From NCBI RefSeq assembly GCF_004010195.1, contig NC_057719.1, positions 75,926,882 through 75,990,881 of the forward strand: a DNA stretch of 64,000 bases, read 5' to 3'. Numbering within the stretch: position 1 is the first letter of the stretch; every line of letters starts with the position of its first letter. Below, piece after piece: positions 38,639 to 51,677 of this stretch. Position numbers and translations under genes: made by a program. Below the pieces are notes generated by a model. The model saw only the letters and a program-made list of their open reading frames with translations, was not told the origin of the DNA and did no database searches. This DNA is from Chiloscyllium plagiosum. Taxonomy: Eukaryota.

Positions 38639-40322
38639 TAGGGTGGTGGTGAGGTTGATTAGAAGCTCAATCCTGTAATTATCCAGGAACTGAACTAGGA
38701 GTAAGATCTTGTGCTCCAGGAGTGATGACCTGGTGAACTCTGACTTAGTTGGGATCGTGGTGCAGCTAAACCGCATTCCACCTTCTCACACCAACCAGAA
38801 CTAAATCCTGGGCTGCAAGGCCCACAGTCTCCTGCCCCCAGCCAATCGATGCCATTAAATGACCAATTAAGGAACAATGCCCCACTGCAGTGGGGACTCA
38901 TAGAGCTACAAGTAGTGACCAGGGGTGGGGTAGACGAGTTGTCTCAGTTGGGAGGGACAGTGTTGTTCCTCTACAAGAGGCACTCAGTGCCTGATCGAGA
39001 GACTAGACGTCTTGCAGGGAGTTAGCTGTTGGGAACCAAGCTTCTTACCATTGCCTACCCTTTGTCCCCCACCCCATTTCCATGATGCCCCAACCCAATA
39101 ATATTCCCCATCTCATTTAACCCTTTGTCCTGGGTGCTCTGCGATCCGAGACCTCACTGAATGCTCTTCCATCGAGCAAGCAAGGACTTTCCCTGGAAGA
39201 GTCAGGGTGGGTCCATTGCAGGCTCTCAAACCAGCTGATGAGGCCCCTGACAAGTTTCTACCCAAGGTATTTTCTGAGAATCAACTTCTGGGAAATTCCC
39301 ACGGAAATCTGCATGTCGGAAATTACACAAGGTCCTGACACACAGTTCTGGTGCGAGATCCGTTATTAGCCGATCTGGAGATTGGAATTTTTCCACAGTG
39401 AGAAAGATCTTATCATTTCAAGGACTGTGCATGATTGCAACCTGCACGTTTCACCCTCTGTAGAAAGACAGAATTGCTCGTATTAAATTCTGGATTTCTG
39501 TATTACTCTGCACATATGTAGAACTCACAAAACTACTGTTATTTTCAGGTAGTGATGACAACGAGCTTTTTCTCAATCATTGCCTCTGCAAAATACAGGC
39601 AATAGAGAGCAAAAAGATTTTTTATTATTTTATTGGAAGCCGGGTGCTTTTCAAATTTTCAGAATTGTCCTCTGAAAGTATTGGCAATACTTCTCCTTCC
39701 CTGACTCTGTAAATCGACTTTCTGCCATAATTGCAGGAAATGTACGGCAGACCAGAAAAAAGTTACAGGGAAACTAAGTTACAGTTAGAGTCCCTTGGCA
39801 ACTAATTGTGGACTGGACAATCCGACATTTGAGTAGATTGTTCTGGTTTACAGCTTAAAAAGTTCTGAAAAACTAATGTGAAACTTTCAACCTTATACTT
39901 GTAATGCTGTGCCTATTAGCTGAGGGACAGAGCATTAGATAATTAGACATTCAATGATCTTCCATTCATTCATCACAACATTATTGACTGTCTGAGATTT
40001 GTTTCTTAGGTATGTTGTTGTTTTGAGCAAACGTTCTCAACAAGTCAGCTATTAGACTTTTGCGACCATCCATGTCACTCCAACGCAGTCCTTCTGTTCA
40101 GTTTTGCATTTGACAGAAAATGGCAGCTTTAATTCTATTCAGTGCTGTCTTTAGTGCCACAATAAGGCCAGTATCAGTAAGTATTATAAGTGCCAGGAAG
40201 GACCCGCCTAAGCCAATGATCCCACAATACTTTACTGTTAATGTTGTAAAAGCCCTCCCATCTTGTGAGGCCCAATGATCGCCTGCTGATTTAACATGAT
40301 CTGCCTCTGATATATCTGACAG

Positions 40323-40595
40323 GTGATGAAGAGGATGAAGACACAGGAGAGGAGAGACTGCCCTCATGTTTTGACTATGTGATGCATTTTCTGACCGTCT
40401 TTTGGAAGGTTCTGTTTGCCTGTGTACCTCCTACTGAATACTGGAATGGATGGGCCTGCTTTGTCACGTCCATTCTCATCATTGGCCTCCTAACAGCCAT
40501 CATTGGTGATCTGGCCTCTCATTTTGGCTGCACCATTGGTCTGAAGGATTCCGTTACAGCTGTGGTATTTGTAGCTCTCGGCACTTCAGTACCAG
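40323..40595 (+). CDS. SLC8A3: Na+/Ca2+ exchanger penultimate coding exon (TM segments, start of alpha-2 repeat), 273 bp
   Basis: ctgacag acceptor, gtaaa donor at 40596, phase 1 at both ends and in frame with both neighbours. Encodes GDEEDEDTGEERLPSCFDYVMHFLTVFWKVLFACVPPTEYWNGWACF...GLKDSVTAVVFVALGTSVP. Confidence 0.92.
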
Positions 40596-40921
40596 GTAAA
40601 TAAATATAAGGAGCAAAAAAACTATTATAAAATTGCTTGAGAATGTTCATACTAAACTGAAATGTCTTCAATTCATGTGAAGGGGCATTGATCTCTTGAT
40701 TTGTTGCACCATCTCAAATATTTCTGCAGATGTTTCAGTTACAACTAGTGACTTTTGACTTTCAGTAATGTCACTGAATTAGTGACCTAGAGAATCAGGT
40801 GAATGCTTTGAGGTCATGGGTTCAAATCTCATTTACAGTAGCTGGTGCAATTTAAATTCAATTAAATGTCCTTTCTAAAGCTAGCCTCTGAAATGGTGAC
40901 CCTGAAACTCTCATCACTGAT

Positions 40922-41625
40922 TCATACAATACAGAAGAGGCTCTTTAGCCCGTTGAGTCTGTATCGCCAAAAACACGCTACTACTGACAATAGCCCCACT
41001 TTCCCACACTAGGCCCAAAGCCTTGAATGCTATGACACTTCAACTTCATCTAAATATTTTATAAAGTTTGCAGGGATTCCCATCTCAACTACACTTCCAG
41101 GCAGTGCATTCCAGACCTCCACTATCTGAGTGAAAAAGCTTTTCCTCAAATCCCTTTTAGCCTCCTGCCTTTCACTTCAAAATTATGCCCCTCTGTTATT
41201 GACCCTTCGAGGGGGATTTGTTGCCTATTATTCATCCTGTCCATTGCCTCTCATGATCTTATACATCTCTATCAGGTTCCCCATAACATTCCTCTGCTCT
41301 AAAGAAAACAACCTGAGCATATTCGCCTCTCTTCATTACTGAAATGCTCCACCGCAGGCAACATCCTGGTGAATCTCCTCAGCACCCCCTCCAGTGCAAT
41401 CACATCCTTCCTGTAGTGTGGTAACCAGAACTGCACACACTCCTCCAGTTGTAACCTGACCAAAGTTCTGCACCTTTCTGCTCTTAGAACTTATGCACGC
41501 CTAATAAAGGGAAGTATCCCATATGCCTTCTTAACAACCCAATTAACCTGTCCAGCCGCTTTCAAGGACAAGATCCCTGTGTTCCTCTAAGCTTCCTGGT
41601 GTCTTGCCATTCATCGAGTACATGG
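40922..41625 (-). mobile_element. CR1 LINE 3' fragment inserted in a SINE
   Basis: Minus-strand CR1 C-terminal motifs (LEGVLRRFTRML, VWNALP) and tail. Confidence 0.75.
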
Positions 41626-42907
41626 GTATTGAAAAACTCATCTGCTTCACTCATGCTTCATTCAAGAAGCTTCACCTCTTTACACAGAGGTGCGTGGAAT
41701 GCAGTGCCAGCAGTGGTAGTAGAGTCAGGGTCATTAGGGACTCTTTAAATTACTGTTGGATAGGCAGATGAATGATAGTAAAATGAAGGGTGTGTAGGTT
41801 ATTTTGATCCTAGAGTAGGATAAAAGGTCAGCACAACATCGAGGGCTGAAGGGCCTGTTCTGTGCTGTACTATATTCTGTGTGTGGTGGGTGAGGAAAGT
41901 TTACCTTGTCTGGTCTCCATGTAACTCCAGCCCCACAGCAATGTGCTTCATTCATAACTACTCTCTGAACTGGCTGAGCAAGCTGTTCAGTTCAAGGACA
42001 ATCAGGGATAGGCAACAAATCCTGGCCTTGCCAGCGATACCTACATACCCTTGCAAAAATAAAGGATGGCATTGGCTGCACCCATTTTGTACTAAACAAA
42101 ATTCCACATCGGGTCAATGGGCTGTTAACGGGGCTGATTTCCCTCTGAGTTCCTGCTGGGATTTTGCCTATTTTCCAGGCTGAAGGTGGGGGAAGGAGTA
42201 GCAGAGTTGGTCTTGCTGTGGAATTGTAGACAACCATAAGGATATCAAACAGAAATGACATGGGCGTAATATCACAACAACAACTTTACTATTTTCTGTG
42301 GTGGCCTCATGAAAGGCATTTCAGCCTCTGAAAGTGAGCCTTGAAATGTTGCATCAGGCATCCCTCCTATTCTTTCTTCTCCACCTCCAACTGGGAAACC
42401 GCAAAACGGTTAGGGACGAAGGATCACAGTGCGCACAGTCAGGGCACAGCCCCTCCTTCATGAGTGCGATTCGGCTGTGATATGTTAATCTTCCCAGCAA
42501 TGCTTGTAACCTCAAAATTTGTGTTTCAAATGATTAGGACCATTCCCCAGTCATCAGCTTGCCAACTTCCAACGAGCTCCTGAGGTCAGGGATATGTTGG
42601 AAGAACTGCTCCTGGTCTGGATTTTGTAGCTCATCAAAATGAGGACTGCCCAGAAACCTTTGCGCATTGAGATAAAATAGTGCTTTTATATTAGAGTTCC
42701 AGACAGTAGCATCAGGCCTGCAATGTTACCAAGTAAACCAGGGAAAAATGGAGCTTGTCAGATTTCAACCCTGCTGAATGGGTGGCAACAGTACCCTGTC
42801 CCAGGGAAAGATTTCAGTCTGTATCCTTGGCCAAACTAAAGCTGGCCATTCAACAAATTGGGGCGCACAGTGACAAGTGTAGAGCAGGATGGTCTCTACA
42901 GTTTAAC

Positions 42908-43250
42908 AAAAACAGAAATTGCTGGAGAAACTCAGCAGATCCAGCAGCATTTGTGGAGAGAAAGTAGAGTTAATGTTTAGAGCCCATATTTTCAAAATGG
43001 ATAGTAGCTAGGAAAAGGTTGTATATAAGTGAAGACGGGGTCAGGGAAGGGTTGGGGGTGTGGTGGGTGGTGGGGAGTGAGCGGATAGACAGAGGTAGAG
43101 AGAGAGAGAATTACGTGAGGCAGACAAAGGGGTGGATGACAGTATGCCAGCAAGAAAGGAAGGCTGATAATCGGGACCATAAATGGGTGAAAATGAATTG
43201 GCTGAGCTGAAAGAGTGACAGTGTGGGAGTGGGTAAACGATATTGAAGAA
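42908..43250 (-). mobile_element. Decayed Penelope-type 3' end
   Basis: aaacagaaattgctggagaaactcagcag...gagttaatgttt matches the terminal repeat seen at 22151 and 60190, followed by purine-rich spacer. Confidence 0.55.
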
Positions 43251-43576
43251 GGTCAGGGAGAATAAAGTTGGGGAAGTCTTACTACAGCAGTACAGGGAAT
43301 TGGTTATGGACTTGGAATATCTGTATAATTCTGGTGCACGAATAAAGTGAGAGACATACTTGCAATGGAAGAAATTCAGAGCAAATTCACTAGCTGCGTT
43401 CCCTCAAATGATTTTAATTTTTGCAGATTTCTGAAGTGTGTGCATGCATGCCATTGACTTTCAAAACTGTAAATCAATCATGAAAAGATTGTCAGCAGGC
43501 CGATCGGCTTACACAAACTCTCGGAGTGACCGTGTAGCCACAGAGCATAGAGGAAACATTGCTCACGAGGCTAATT

Positions 43577-44061
43577 AAAAAGATTTACAAGGATGTTGCC
43601 AGGGTTGGAGGATTTGAGCTATAAGGAGAGGCTGAATAGGCTGGGGTTGTTTTCCCTGGAGCGTCGGAGGCTGAGGGGCGACCTTATAGAGGTTTAGAAA
43701 ATCATGAGGAGCATGGATAGGATAAATAGACAAAGTCTTTTCCCTGGGGTGAGGGCATCCAGAACTAGAGGGCATAGGTTTAGGGTGAGAGGGGAAAGGT
43801 AGAAAACGAACCTAAGAGGCAACTTTTTCATGCAGAGCGTGGTACATGTATGGAATAAGCTGCCAGAGGGAAGTGGTGGAGGCTAGTACAATTAGAGCAT
43901 TTTAAAGGCATCTGGATGAGTATATGAGTAGGAAGGGTTTAGAAGGAAATGGACCAAGTGGTGACAAATGGGTCTAGATTGGGCTGGGATATCTGGTCAG
44001 CATGGATGAGTTAGACCGAAGGGTCTGTTTTCGTGCTGCACATCAGTATGACTCTATGACT
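43577..44061 (+). mobile_element. CR1 LINE 3' fragment
   Basis: [25 protein letters not shown] and a (tatgactc)n tail. Confidence 0.92.
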
Positions 44062-44384
44062 GTAAAATTCCTGGGATAAAGGAATTGCCTTATGAGGAGA
44101 GCAAAAAACAGGTTGAATATAAGAATAAAAGGTGACCTTAATGAAACCGACATGATTGTGAAGGGGCTTAACAAGGTAGACACTGACAGGATGGTTCTTC
44201 TTGTGGGAGAATGTAGAATTATGGGGCGCACTTTAAAGATATAAGGTCTTCACAATTGGAAAGAGGGATTTTTTTCTCTCAAAGCGTGGGTAGAGTTTGG
44301 AATTCTCTTCCCCACTGAGTAGTGGAGGCTGGACCATTAAATATGTTCAGGGCAGAGATAGGCACAGACATGATCAACAAGGGA

Positions 44385-44700
44385 GGCACGGTGGCGCAGT
44401 GGTTACCACAGCTGCCTCACAGTGCCAGAGGCCCAGGTTCAATTCCCACCTCTGGCAACTGTCTGTGTGGAGTTTGCACATTCTCCCCCGTGTCTGCGTG
44501 GGTTTCCTCCGGGTGCTCCGGTTTCCTCCCACAGTCCAAAAATGTGCAGGTGAGGTGAATTGGCCATGCTAAATTGCCCGTAGTGTTAGGAAAAGGGGTA
44601 AATATAGGGGAATGGGTCTGGGTGGGTTGGTCTTCGGAGGGCCGGTGTGGACTTGTTGGGCTGAAGGGCCTGTTTCCACACTGTAAGTTATCTAATTAAA
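44385..44700 (+). mobile_element. HE1/V-SINE-type SINE, well preserved
   Basis: A and B boxes, CpGs retained, TSD aagggaggcac (44379-44389 / 44702-44712) overlapping the SINE start. Confidence 0.9.
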
Positions 44701-45154
44701 AAAGGGAGGCACAGGGTTTTTGAGGAGGGCAGGAAAGAAAATGCTGTGAAGGCCACATTCAGACTTAATGAAGTGGAGAAGCAGGTTCAGTTCCTGCCCA
44801 TGTTCCTATTTCTTTACTGCCTTACCAGTCAACCTGGGTTCCCACTCTTCATTGCCGCCCCGTAGCTCCCTTTGTAAGCTGTGAGCTGTAAGGTGGGTTA
44901 ACTTAGCAACATCTATAGGTCGACAGCTTTAGATCGCTATAGGAAATGGAGGTTTAGGCACAGCACTGGAAGCTGAGTGGTGCCTGTGAAGTAGCACAAG
45001 GTAATCCACTTAGTTGAGGGGAATGAGAACTGGGAAAGATGGAAGTTACTAGCTGCCAATTGCATTTTTTGAGGAAGTTGTTTCAGGGGCTGAAATCGAA
45101 GCCTTTGGCTTGCCAGTGCCCTGGTCTGATGCACCTCTTGTTTTGCCTTTGCAG

Positions 45155-45531
45155 ACACCTTCGCCAGCAAAGTAGCAGCCGCCCAGGATCACTATGCCGA
45201 CGCCTCCATTGGGAACGTCACCGGCAGCAACGCAGTCAATGTTTTCCTGGGCATTGGATTGGCATGGTCCGTGGCTGCCATCTACTGGGCGTCCCAGGGC
45301 AAGGAATTCCAAGTCGATGCCGGCACCCTGGCTTTCTCTGTCACCCTCTTCACCATCTTTGCTTTCGTCAGCATCGGCATCCTGCTGTACAGGCGGCGGC
45401 CGCACATCGGGGGAGAGCTGGGTGGTCCGTGGGGACCCCGAGTCATCACTGCCATGTTGTTCGGGGGATTATGGTTACTGTACATTCTGTTTTCTTCGTT
45501 GGAGGCTTACTGCTACATCAAGGGGTTCTAA
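45155..45531 (+). CDS. SLC8A3: Na+/Ca2+ exchanger final coding exon with TAA stop
   Basis: ttttgcctttgcag acceptor. Encodes DTFASKVAAAQDHYADASIGNVTGSNAVNVFLGIGLAWSVAAIYW...LEAYCYIKGF*. Splicing rebuilds the alpha-2 motif GTSVPD. SLC8 family is certain; NCX3 over NCX2 is likely. Confidence 0.92.
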
Positions 45532-47639
45532 AGCAACAGAAGGCCTCCGCTACGCCCCAAAGAGACACATACCCCCTTGAATCTCTTCAAACACAATGCA
45601 ATACTCGCCAACAATATTCCACTCTTTAAGGGAAAACAGAATTACTGGAGATGATCCCATTGAAGAGGGCAGTGTACGTCCTACAAATAAAATGAAAAGA
45701 ACAGAAGGCATTTTGTCAAGGACTGTCCTGTATCTTCATCAAGCACTCCTGAGCTTTCTTGCCTTACAGAAGGGTTTTTATTAAACTACAAAGGGGGGAG
45801 GGTGGGAAGGAGGTATTTGGATGCTGCTGGGACGGAGTTGGATGAAGGTTTGCCTAATCAAAGAGCCAGTTATAAGCAGAACGCATACAGTGGTGAGGAC
45901 TGCCCTTCTTCAGTGGAAAAGCCTGCTGCGTGTCATCCAAAGTAATTATTATGTCCAGTCCTTGCTGCTGAGAGCTAATCCATCCAGACAGAGAGAAAAA
46001 AACATCATGTTTCACAGAAGGAACTGGGCAATGGTGCTTAGGTACAGCACGACTGGCAGTTTGAAAACAAAACATGCCTGTTGCAAAGACGCCCTCTAAT
46101 TTGATTACATGTCGTGTAAATTTTGGAAACCGGTTTTTACGTGTCAGTAACATATTGGGAATTTGCTTGTGTTGTCACGAGTTGGAAAGAATTAAAGCAC
46201 TTATGGGGAAGGGGTGTTCCAGGAAAAGATCAACTCATCTCTCTTCAGAAAACGTGTTTGGTTCTTTTTTTGAACGGCATGTTTAACAAAACCAATGGCC
46301 GGGGGTTACCTTGTAAATACTGTCACATCATTTTAACTCACCCTCACATGCAGCTGAAAGGAAATGTCATTCAGAGTCTTAAAGTATTGCTTCCGGGAGA
46401 TGCATTAATAATGGATCTCAAGCATGTGAACAGGAGAAGGCCATTCAGTCCCTCAAGCCTGACATGCTGCTGGGTATGATGGTGGCTGATTGGCATCTTA
46501 AAAATGATCGCAGGATTGCTGTAGGGGTGTCAGGGAGAGGTGACAGCATTGATGGGGTTGGGAGAACTGTACCACATTTTGTGCATCACAGTGACTCATT
46601 GTCCACAGAGTCAGACAATAAGAGAACAGTCGTACGACTTTCTGAGAGTAACGTTGCAAACAATTTGGAAACGAGTCTACTTTGAAATGTTTATTGACGT
46701 AACACAGCCACTTTCTATATAACGGCACGTAGAATTGCCTGGTCGAAGGGGGCTGCATTCTCTATAGTCTAAGCAGCACATAACATTAGAGTTGTTGAGT
46801 GCATCACATACTGTAAATATTTGACCAGAATACATTCTATGCTTACCACACTTGGAGACAGCAGGGACCCAGTGGCAAAATTACGAAAATCAAGCCCTTG
46901 CTTCTAGCAACCATAACATAACTTGAGGAGGATATTCTTAACCCAGAGGTGACTTGTTGTGACAATGAGATCTTAAGGACCTGGGCAATAATAGTTGGAG
47001 AGTGAAGTGAGAGGGAATATAGTTTGAAAGCAGAATCTCTGGGTTAATCAAAGAAGTAGCTGGATATTCAAAAGTGCTCTTATATTTCCTGCTGCTAGTG
47101 ACTTGTGTACCCTCTAGCTGCATCTAATGCTTTTCTTTTCAATGGAAAAATAAAAGCTGGTCCTATAAGAGTAGAGATTTTTTTTGACAGGCATCCACCA
47201 TGTTGTAGCCAGTCTGTGTAGCCAAGTTCCTGGTGACGATTTCATAGGATTGTTGGTTTTGTCCAAAGTATTAGACCTTTTTTTTTATCAGAGGAAGTCT
47301 GCATGGATAATTTCATCATATTTGTGTGCATTTCATTTTTTCTGATTAGAAAAGATTTGTGTAAACATTATGAAAAAAATGCAATTGTCAAAAAAAAATT
47401 TTGAATAACTTTGTTTTCTTGTTCGTTAAACCTGCTCTGAATGTTGGTGTGACTATCTCTGACTACAATTCACTGATGGGTTGCTTTGGTTTAGTTGTTC
47501 ACTCATCCTTACAGTAGTTTTTTTTGTCCACTATGCTCAGGGTAACTTTATAGTGAACATAGTGATGTGGACTAGAAGATTGGGAAAAGATCCCAACCTT
47601 GATAGAGAACCAACCTCTCTAGCCAATCAGTTGAGAGTA

Positions 47640-47852
47640 CAGGCAGTCCCCGGGTTAGAAACAGATCCCATTGCTAAGTACATTTGTAAGTCCATTTGTA
47701 CACAAGTCGGAACACAATGTAGTACTATATAAAAGAGCCATTTGAAGGTACGAGCAAATGTTGGTATGTTGGATCTTTAAGATGAATATTAATATGGGAT
47801 CTCATTCGTAAGCATTTGTTAAGTCAGACATTCATAAACTGGAGACTTCCTG
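47640..47852. mobile_element. Tc1/mariner (pogo/Tigger-like) MITE in the putative 3' UTR
   Basis: TA on both sides, imperfect TIRs caggcagtccccgggtta... and ...taaactggagacttcctg, 213 bp. Confidence 0.7.
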
Positions 47853-50800
47853 TAGTCTGCCCATGGTTGTGATTGATTTCACAGAATAGATGCAAGTTAA
47901 GGTCAAGTTAAAGGTGAGTGATGAGGCAATAATAGTGTATTTAAAGTCTGAGGCCAGTTCACCAGACAAAGTCCTCATCACCATCAAATAGAGTGGCGGC
48001 TGTGTCGTTAGACTTTGAAACAGTGGTTCAAGTATTGTGAAGAAATCCAAGCATGACTTTCTTTTAAAAACAATGTATTGCAAAGAAAAGCCTTGAGGTA
48101 AACTATTACTTTGATTCTTCAGTTCCAACTTGCCCACTCCCTCACCAAAACCCCAAAGGTATGAATGAAATTGTTGATAATTGTGAGATTTATAGCTTTG
48201 ATCTGTTCACACAGAGAGATTGCAGCACCAAAATACAGTAAACGATGATGATTATGAAGGCCTTACATGATCTGGCTGATGGAGGTTGGCCAGGCCTAGT
48301 AAGTTCTCCTTGAACTAGTAACAAATTTAATGATAGGAGGTCCTTCTATATCATGAACAGTCACAGTCTACATATAATTTTGTCTGAGTACCACCGACAA
48401 AGTTAATGTTTGTTGCCCATTCTTAATTGTCCTTGAATTGAGTGGTTTTACAGGTTTTTGTAGAGGCAGTTACAAATCAATCATGTTGCTGTGGGTCTGG
48501 AGTCACCAAGAGACTAGACAACTTAAGAGTTTACTTCTTTAAAGGCCATCAGTTGAATGAAATGAATTTTTACAGATCTTTAAAAATAAAATGAGCTACT
48601 GTGATAGCGCAGTCATCATATGCATCAGCTTATTTCAAATGTTCCCAGAATTTGTACCCATTACCCCCAATGGCGTAGTTCATAGATTTAAATTACTTGG
48701 CCAGTGAAATTACTGCTATGATAATGTTTTCTCTAACTTCAATGCACAAAACTGCTTCATGCAATGGTTACTATTTAAAGCCTGATTTTGCACATGATTG
48801 AAACCCCCATTTTAATCAAATACTCCAACACCAAGGCTGAGGAGTTCACTCAGGTGAACTGTTGGGTTTCTTAGGGACACAGTGTTAGCAACACATGGTC
48901 AGTTGGGGAGGTCTGACAAGGTCTGTTTTTTAAGCCTCAGGTTTCATCATAATGGCTTTACGGTAGAAGCATACATTGTTTAGTGCTCCAGTTACCAGCT
49001 ATGAGAGCAGGTTGATTTGTGGAAGCCTGACAGAAGATTGGTAGGGTGTTGGCTCAGGTCTCCGACCAAGGTTCGGGGAGCAATAGGCTGTTAAGATCAC
49101 AGCACCCTGGAGTAACACTCAGCTGTCAGGCCCAGATATGCTGACGGGGGGATGGATATCAGGTAGAAAGATTGCAGACCACAGGAAAACTGTCGGCAAG
49201 TTCAGGCAGGAAGATGGCAGATCTTGGCAATAATGCAGGGGAATTGATAGAGCCTGGAAACAGGGATTGGGAATGTGGTTGAAAATCTCTGGATTCACAG
49301 TGACCTGATTCTGGTAGATGCTAACCTGTTTCTCACGTCAGTGATGCTCAGTGTTGCTTTTTCCCTGTTGACATTCAGCACTGGCATGGCTGCCTCAGGG
49401 CAAACCAAAGATGCGATAGGATCAATTGAAGCAGGTGATAGCCCTTAGTTGCATGTGCAAGCAAATGGGAAGCTCTTTCAGGCATGGGTGAAGGAAACCT
49501 CTTCGCAAACATGATTCATGGTCGAGATGTGTGGGTGCATATCAGACAACAGTTTGATCCCCAAGCAAGGGGTGCTGCCTTATTGTCATGCTGCATCCAG
49601 GTTTGCACACTAAGGTCATGAAGGGAATTCAGTTTAATGTCTTTGCACAAGAGGGATCCCTTATTAGTTAACTCTTAATACAGACTAGATCATGGTCAAT
49701 TATCCTGTATATTTGCTCCAGCCAAACTCTTTCACAATGTGATTTACCCACTTGATACTCCTTATAAACGATGCTTTTAATGGCAAGTGATTTCTGTAGA
49801 GTCACTTAATGAACAGGGGCTCTTTATACACACTGTATTAACTTCCTATAGGCAACTCTTTATCCTGGAGGAACCATTGAGCACGGTAACACTATACATT
49901 GATATTGGAATGATGATTACAAAGTTTCAACCTCATTTCAGAAGCAAATATAGGATAATCCTGAGAATCCTTGAGAAAGTAACTGCCACAGTGCTTATTA
50001 ATTGATCTTGGAAATGTTGACTCAATTCTCTGCAGCAAAACGTGTAGCTTTTACACCACTTTCTGATGCTGGGTGGGTGATGTGATCTTGACTGTGCAAT
50101 AATGTGAAATGGGTAATAATGAGTCACTGGCCTGTTTTACATCTCTCACAATTTTAATTTCCATCAGCTTCAACACTGGGAAATTAAACACGTTTCCAAT
50201 TCATATCACTTTTTTTTTTAAACACTGTCTCATGAAGTCCCATTTTTATCCCTACTGGTGCCTGTCTCTTCAAAAATGTGTATATGAATCATCATTATTA
50301 CCCTTGTAATGCTCAGGAAAATTGTTTAAAACGTTTGAGATTTTGTGGGCTTATCTGCAATAGTTTCAGCATTGAAGGCCATTGATGAATAGAAACCAAG
50401 TTTAAAAACTAGGCAGTGAAACAAAACACCTGCAGCATACAAACATTTTTTTTCTGACCTATTGTTCATGCAAACAAAAAGAACACAGTCGTTTTGATTC
50501 ACAAACTGACCACGTTCGACTTAGAGACCACCCTGTGGGTATTGGTATCTGTAACCTTCAATCCTCTATGCGTAGCCTTGCATGCCTTGCATGGTGCATT
50601 GACTGGAATTGTTTAATTATTTATTTTGTTTCACTGTTGTCTTTCTGTTTTATTCTTTCCTAATTTATTTTCATTCTTTTACTACATCGAAGAGATTCTG
50701 TACACGATGCCATATGTGACACAGCTCCTGAAAATGTTTCCATTTGCGATTATGCATAGTGTACTTGATGATTGTGGCTAGATTTGTTAAAAGGCAGCTT

Positions 50801-50967
50801 GCTCACCATGAAGTACTTCAGTGGGAAACCAACTTCAGGAAGACTCTAGGTAGACAGGTAATAATCACACTGCCTGTTCACCCAGAGCCCATTGGTGTAA
50901 ACACCCCAGACTTGCATACAGAGTTGCTTTGTACAGTAACCTGAAGGGAAAATGTGTGAACATTTAC

Positions 50968-50973
50968 AATAAA
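50968..50973 (+). terminator. Candidate polyadenylation signal AATAAA
   Basis: AATAAA with an upstream TGTA (~50930) and a G/T-rich downstream element (gttttggagtgctcacttttgtc). TE-dense sequence resumes soon after, at ~51150. Confidence 0.55.
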
Positions 50974-51147
50974 AGTCTGAAAACTATCAAAAGTTTTGGA
51001 GTGCTCACTTTTGTCCTGATCAGTTGTCATTTAGGTGTACTCAGAAGAACCCATAGACACTGGCCAATACTTTTCCTTTGATCATCATCACAAAAACAAA
51101 GACAGACAAATCATCTGATCATTATTACCTTGTTAACCCTATTCATA

Positions 51148-51677
51148 AAGTCATAGAGATGTACAGCACAAAAAGACCCTTACGCCCAACTCGCCCATGC
51201 CAACCAGATATCCTAAATTAATCTAGTCCCATTTACCAGCATTGGGCCCAAATCCCTCTAAACCCTTCTTATTCATAAACCCTTCCTATTCATAAACCCA
51301 TCCAGATATTTTTTAAATGTTGTAATTATACCCATCTCCACCACTTCCTCTGGCAGCTCATTCCATATGCGCACCACCCTTTATGTGAAAAAGTTACCTG
51401 TTAGATCCCTTTTCAATCTTTCCTCTCTCACCTTAAACCTATGTCCTCTAGTTTTGGACTCCCCTCGGAAAAAGACCTTGTCTATTTACCCTATCCACGT
51501 CCCTCATGAGTTTATAGACCTCTATAAGATCACCCCTCAGTCTCTGCTGTTCCAGAGAAAACAGCCCCAGCCTATTCAGCCTGTACCTACAGCTCAAATC
51601 CTCCAACCTCGGCAACATCCTTTTCTGAACCTGTTCAAGTTTAACAACGTCTTTCCTAAAGCAGGGAGATTAGAATT
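51148..51677 (-). mobile_element. CR1 LINE 3' fragment
   Basis: Reverse complement of the 43577 family. Confidence 0.9.

Larger units (their letters stand above)
45532..50990 (+). other. Probable long 3' UTR of SLC8A3
   Basis: Follows the stop codon, has few young TEs, contains U-rich tracts and ends at a well-formed poly(A) context. Proximal AATAAA hexamers at 45686 and 47149 could give shorter ends. Confidence 0.55.

Noticed and set aside
40379..40603. Stand-alone 74-aa membrane protein ORF
   Set aside because: It is part of a spliced SLC8 exon (40323-40595), not a separate gene.
44385..44460. tRNA-like sequences here and at ~7062, 9810, 11497 and 21112
   Set aside because: They are SINE heads continuous with SINE bodies. 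No convincing cloverleaf, so not called tRNA genes.
45039..45629. Overlapping ORFs of 196, 128 and 118 aa over the last exon
   Set aside because: Alternative or antisense frames of a GC-rich coding exon. Only the spliced frame matches a known family.
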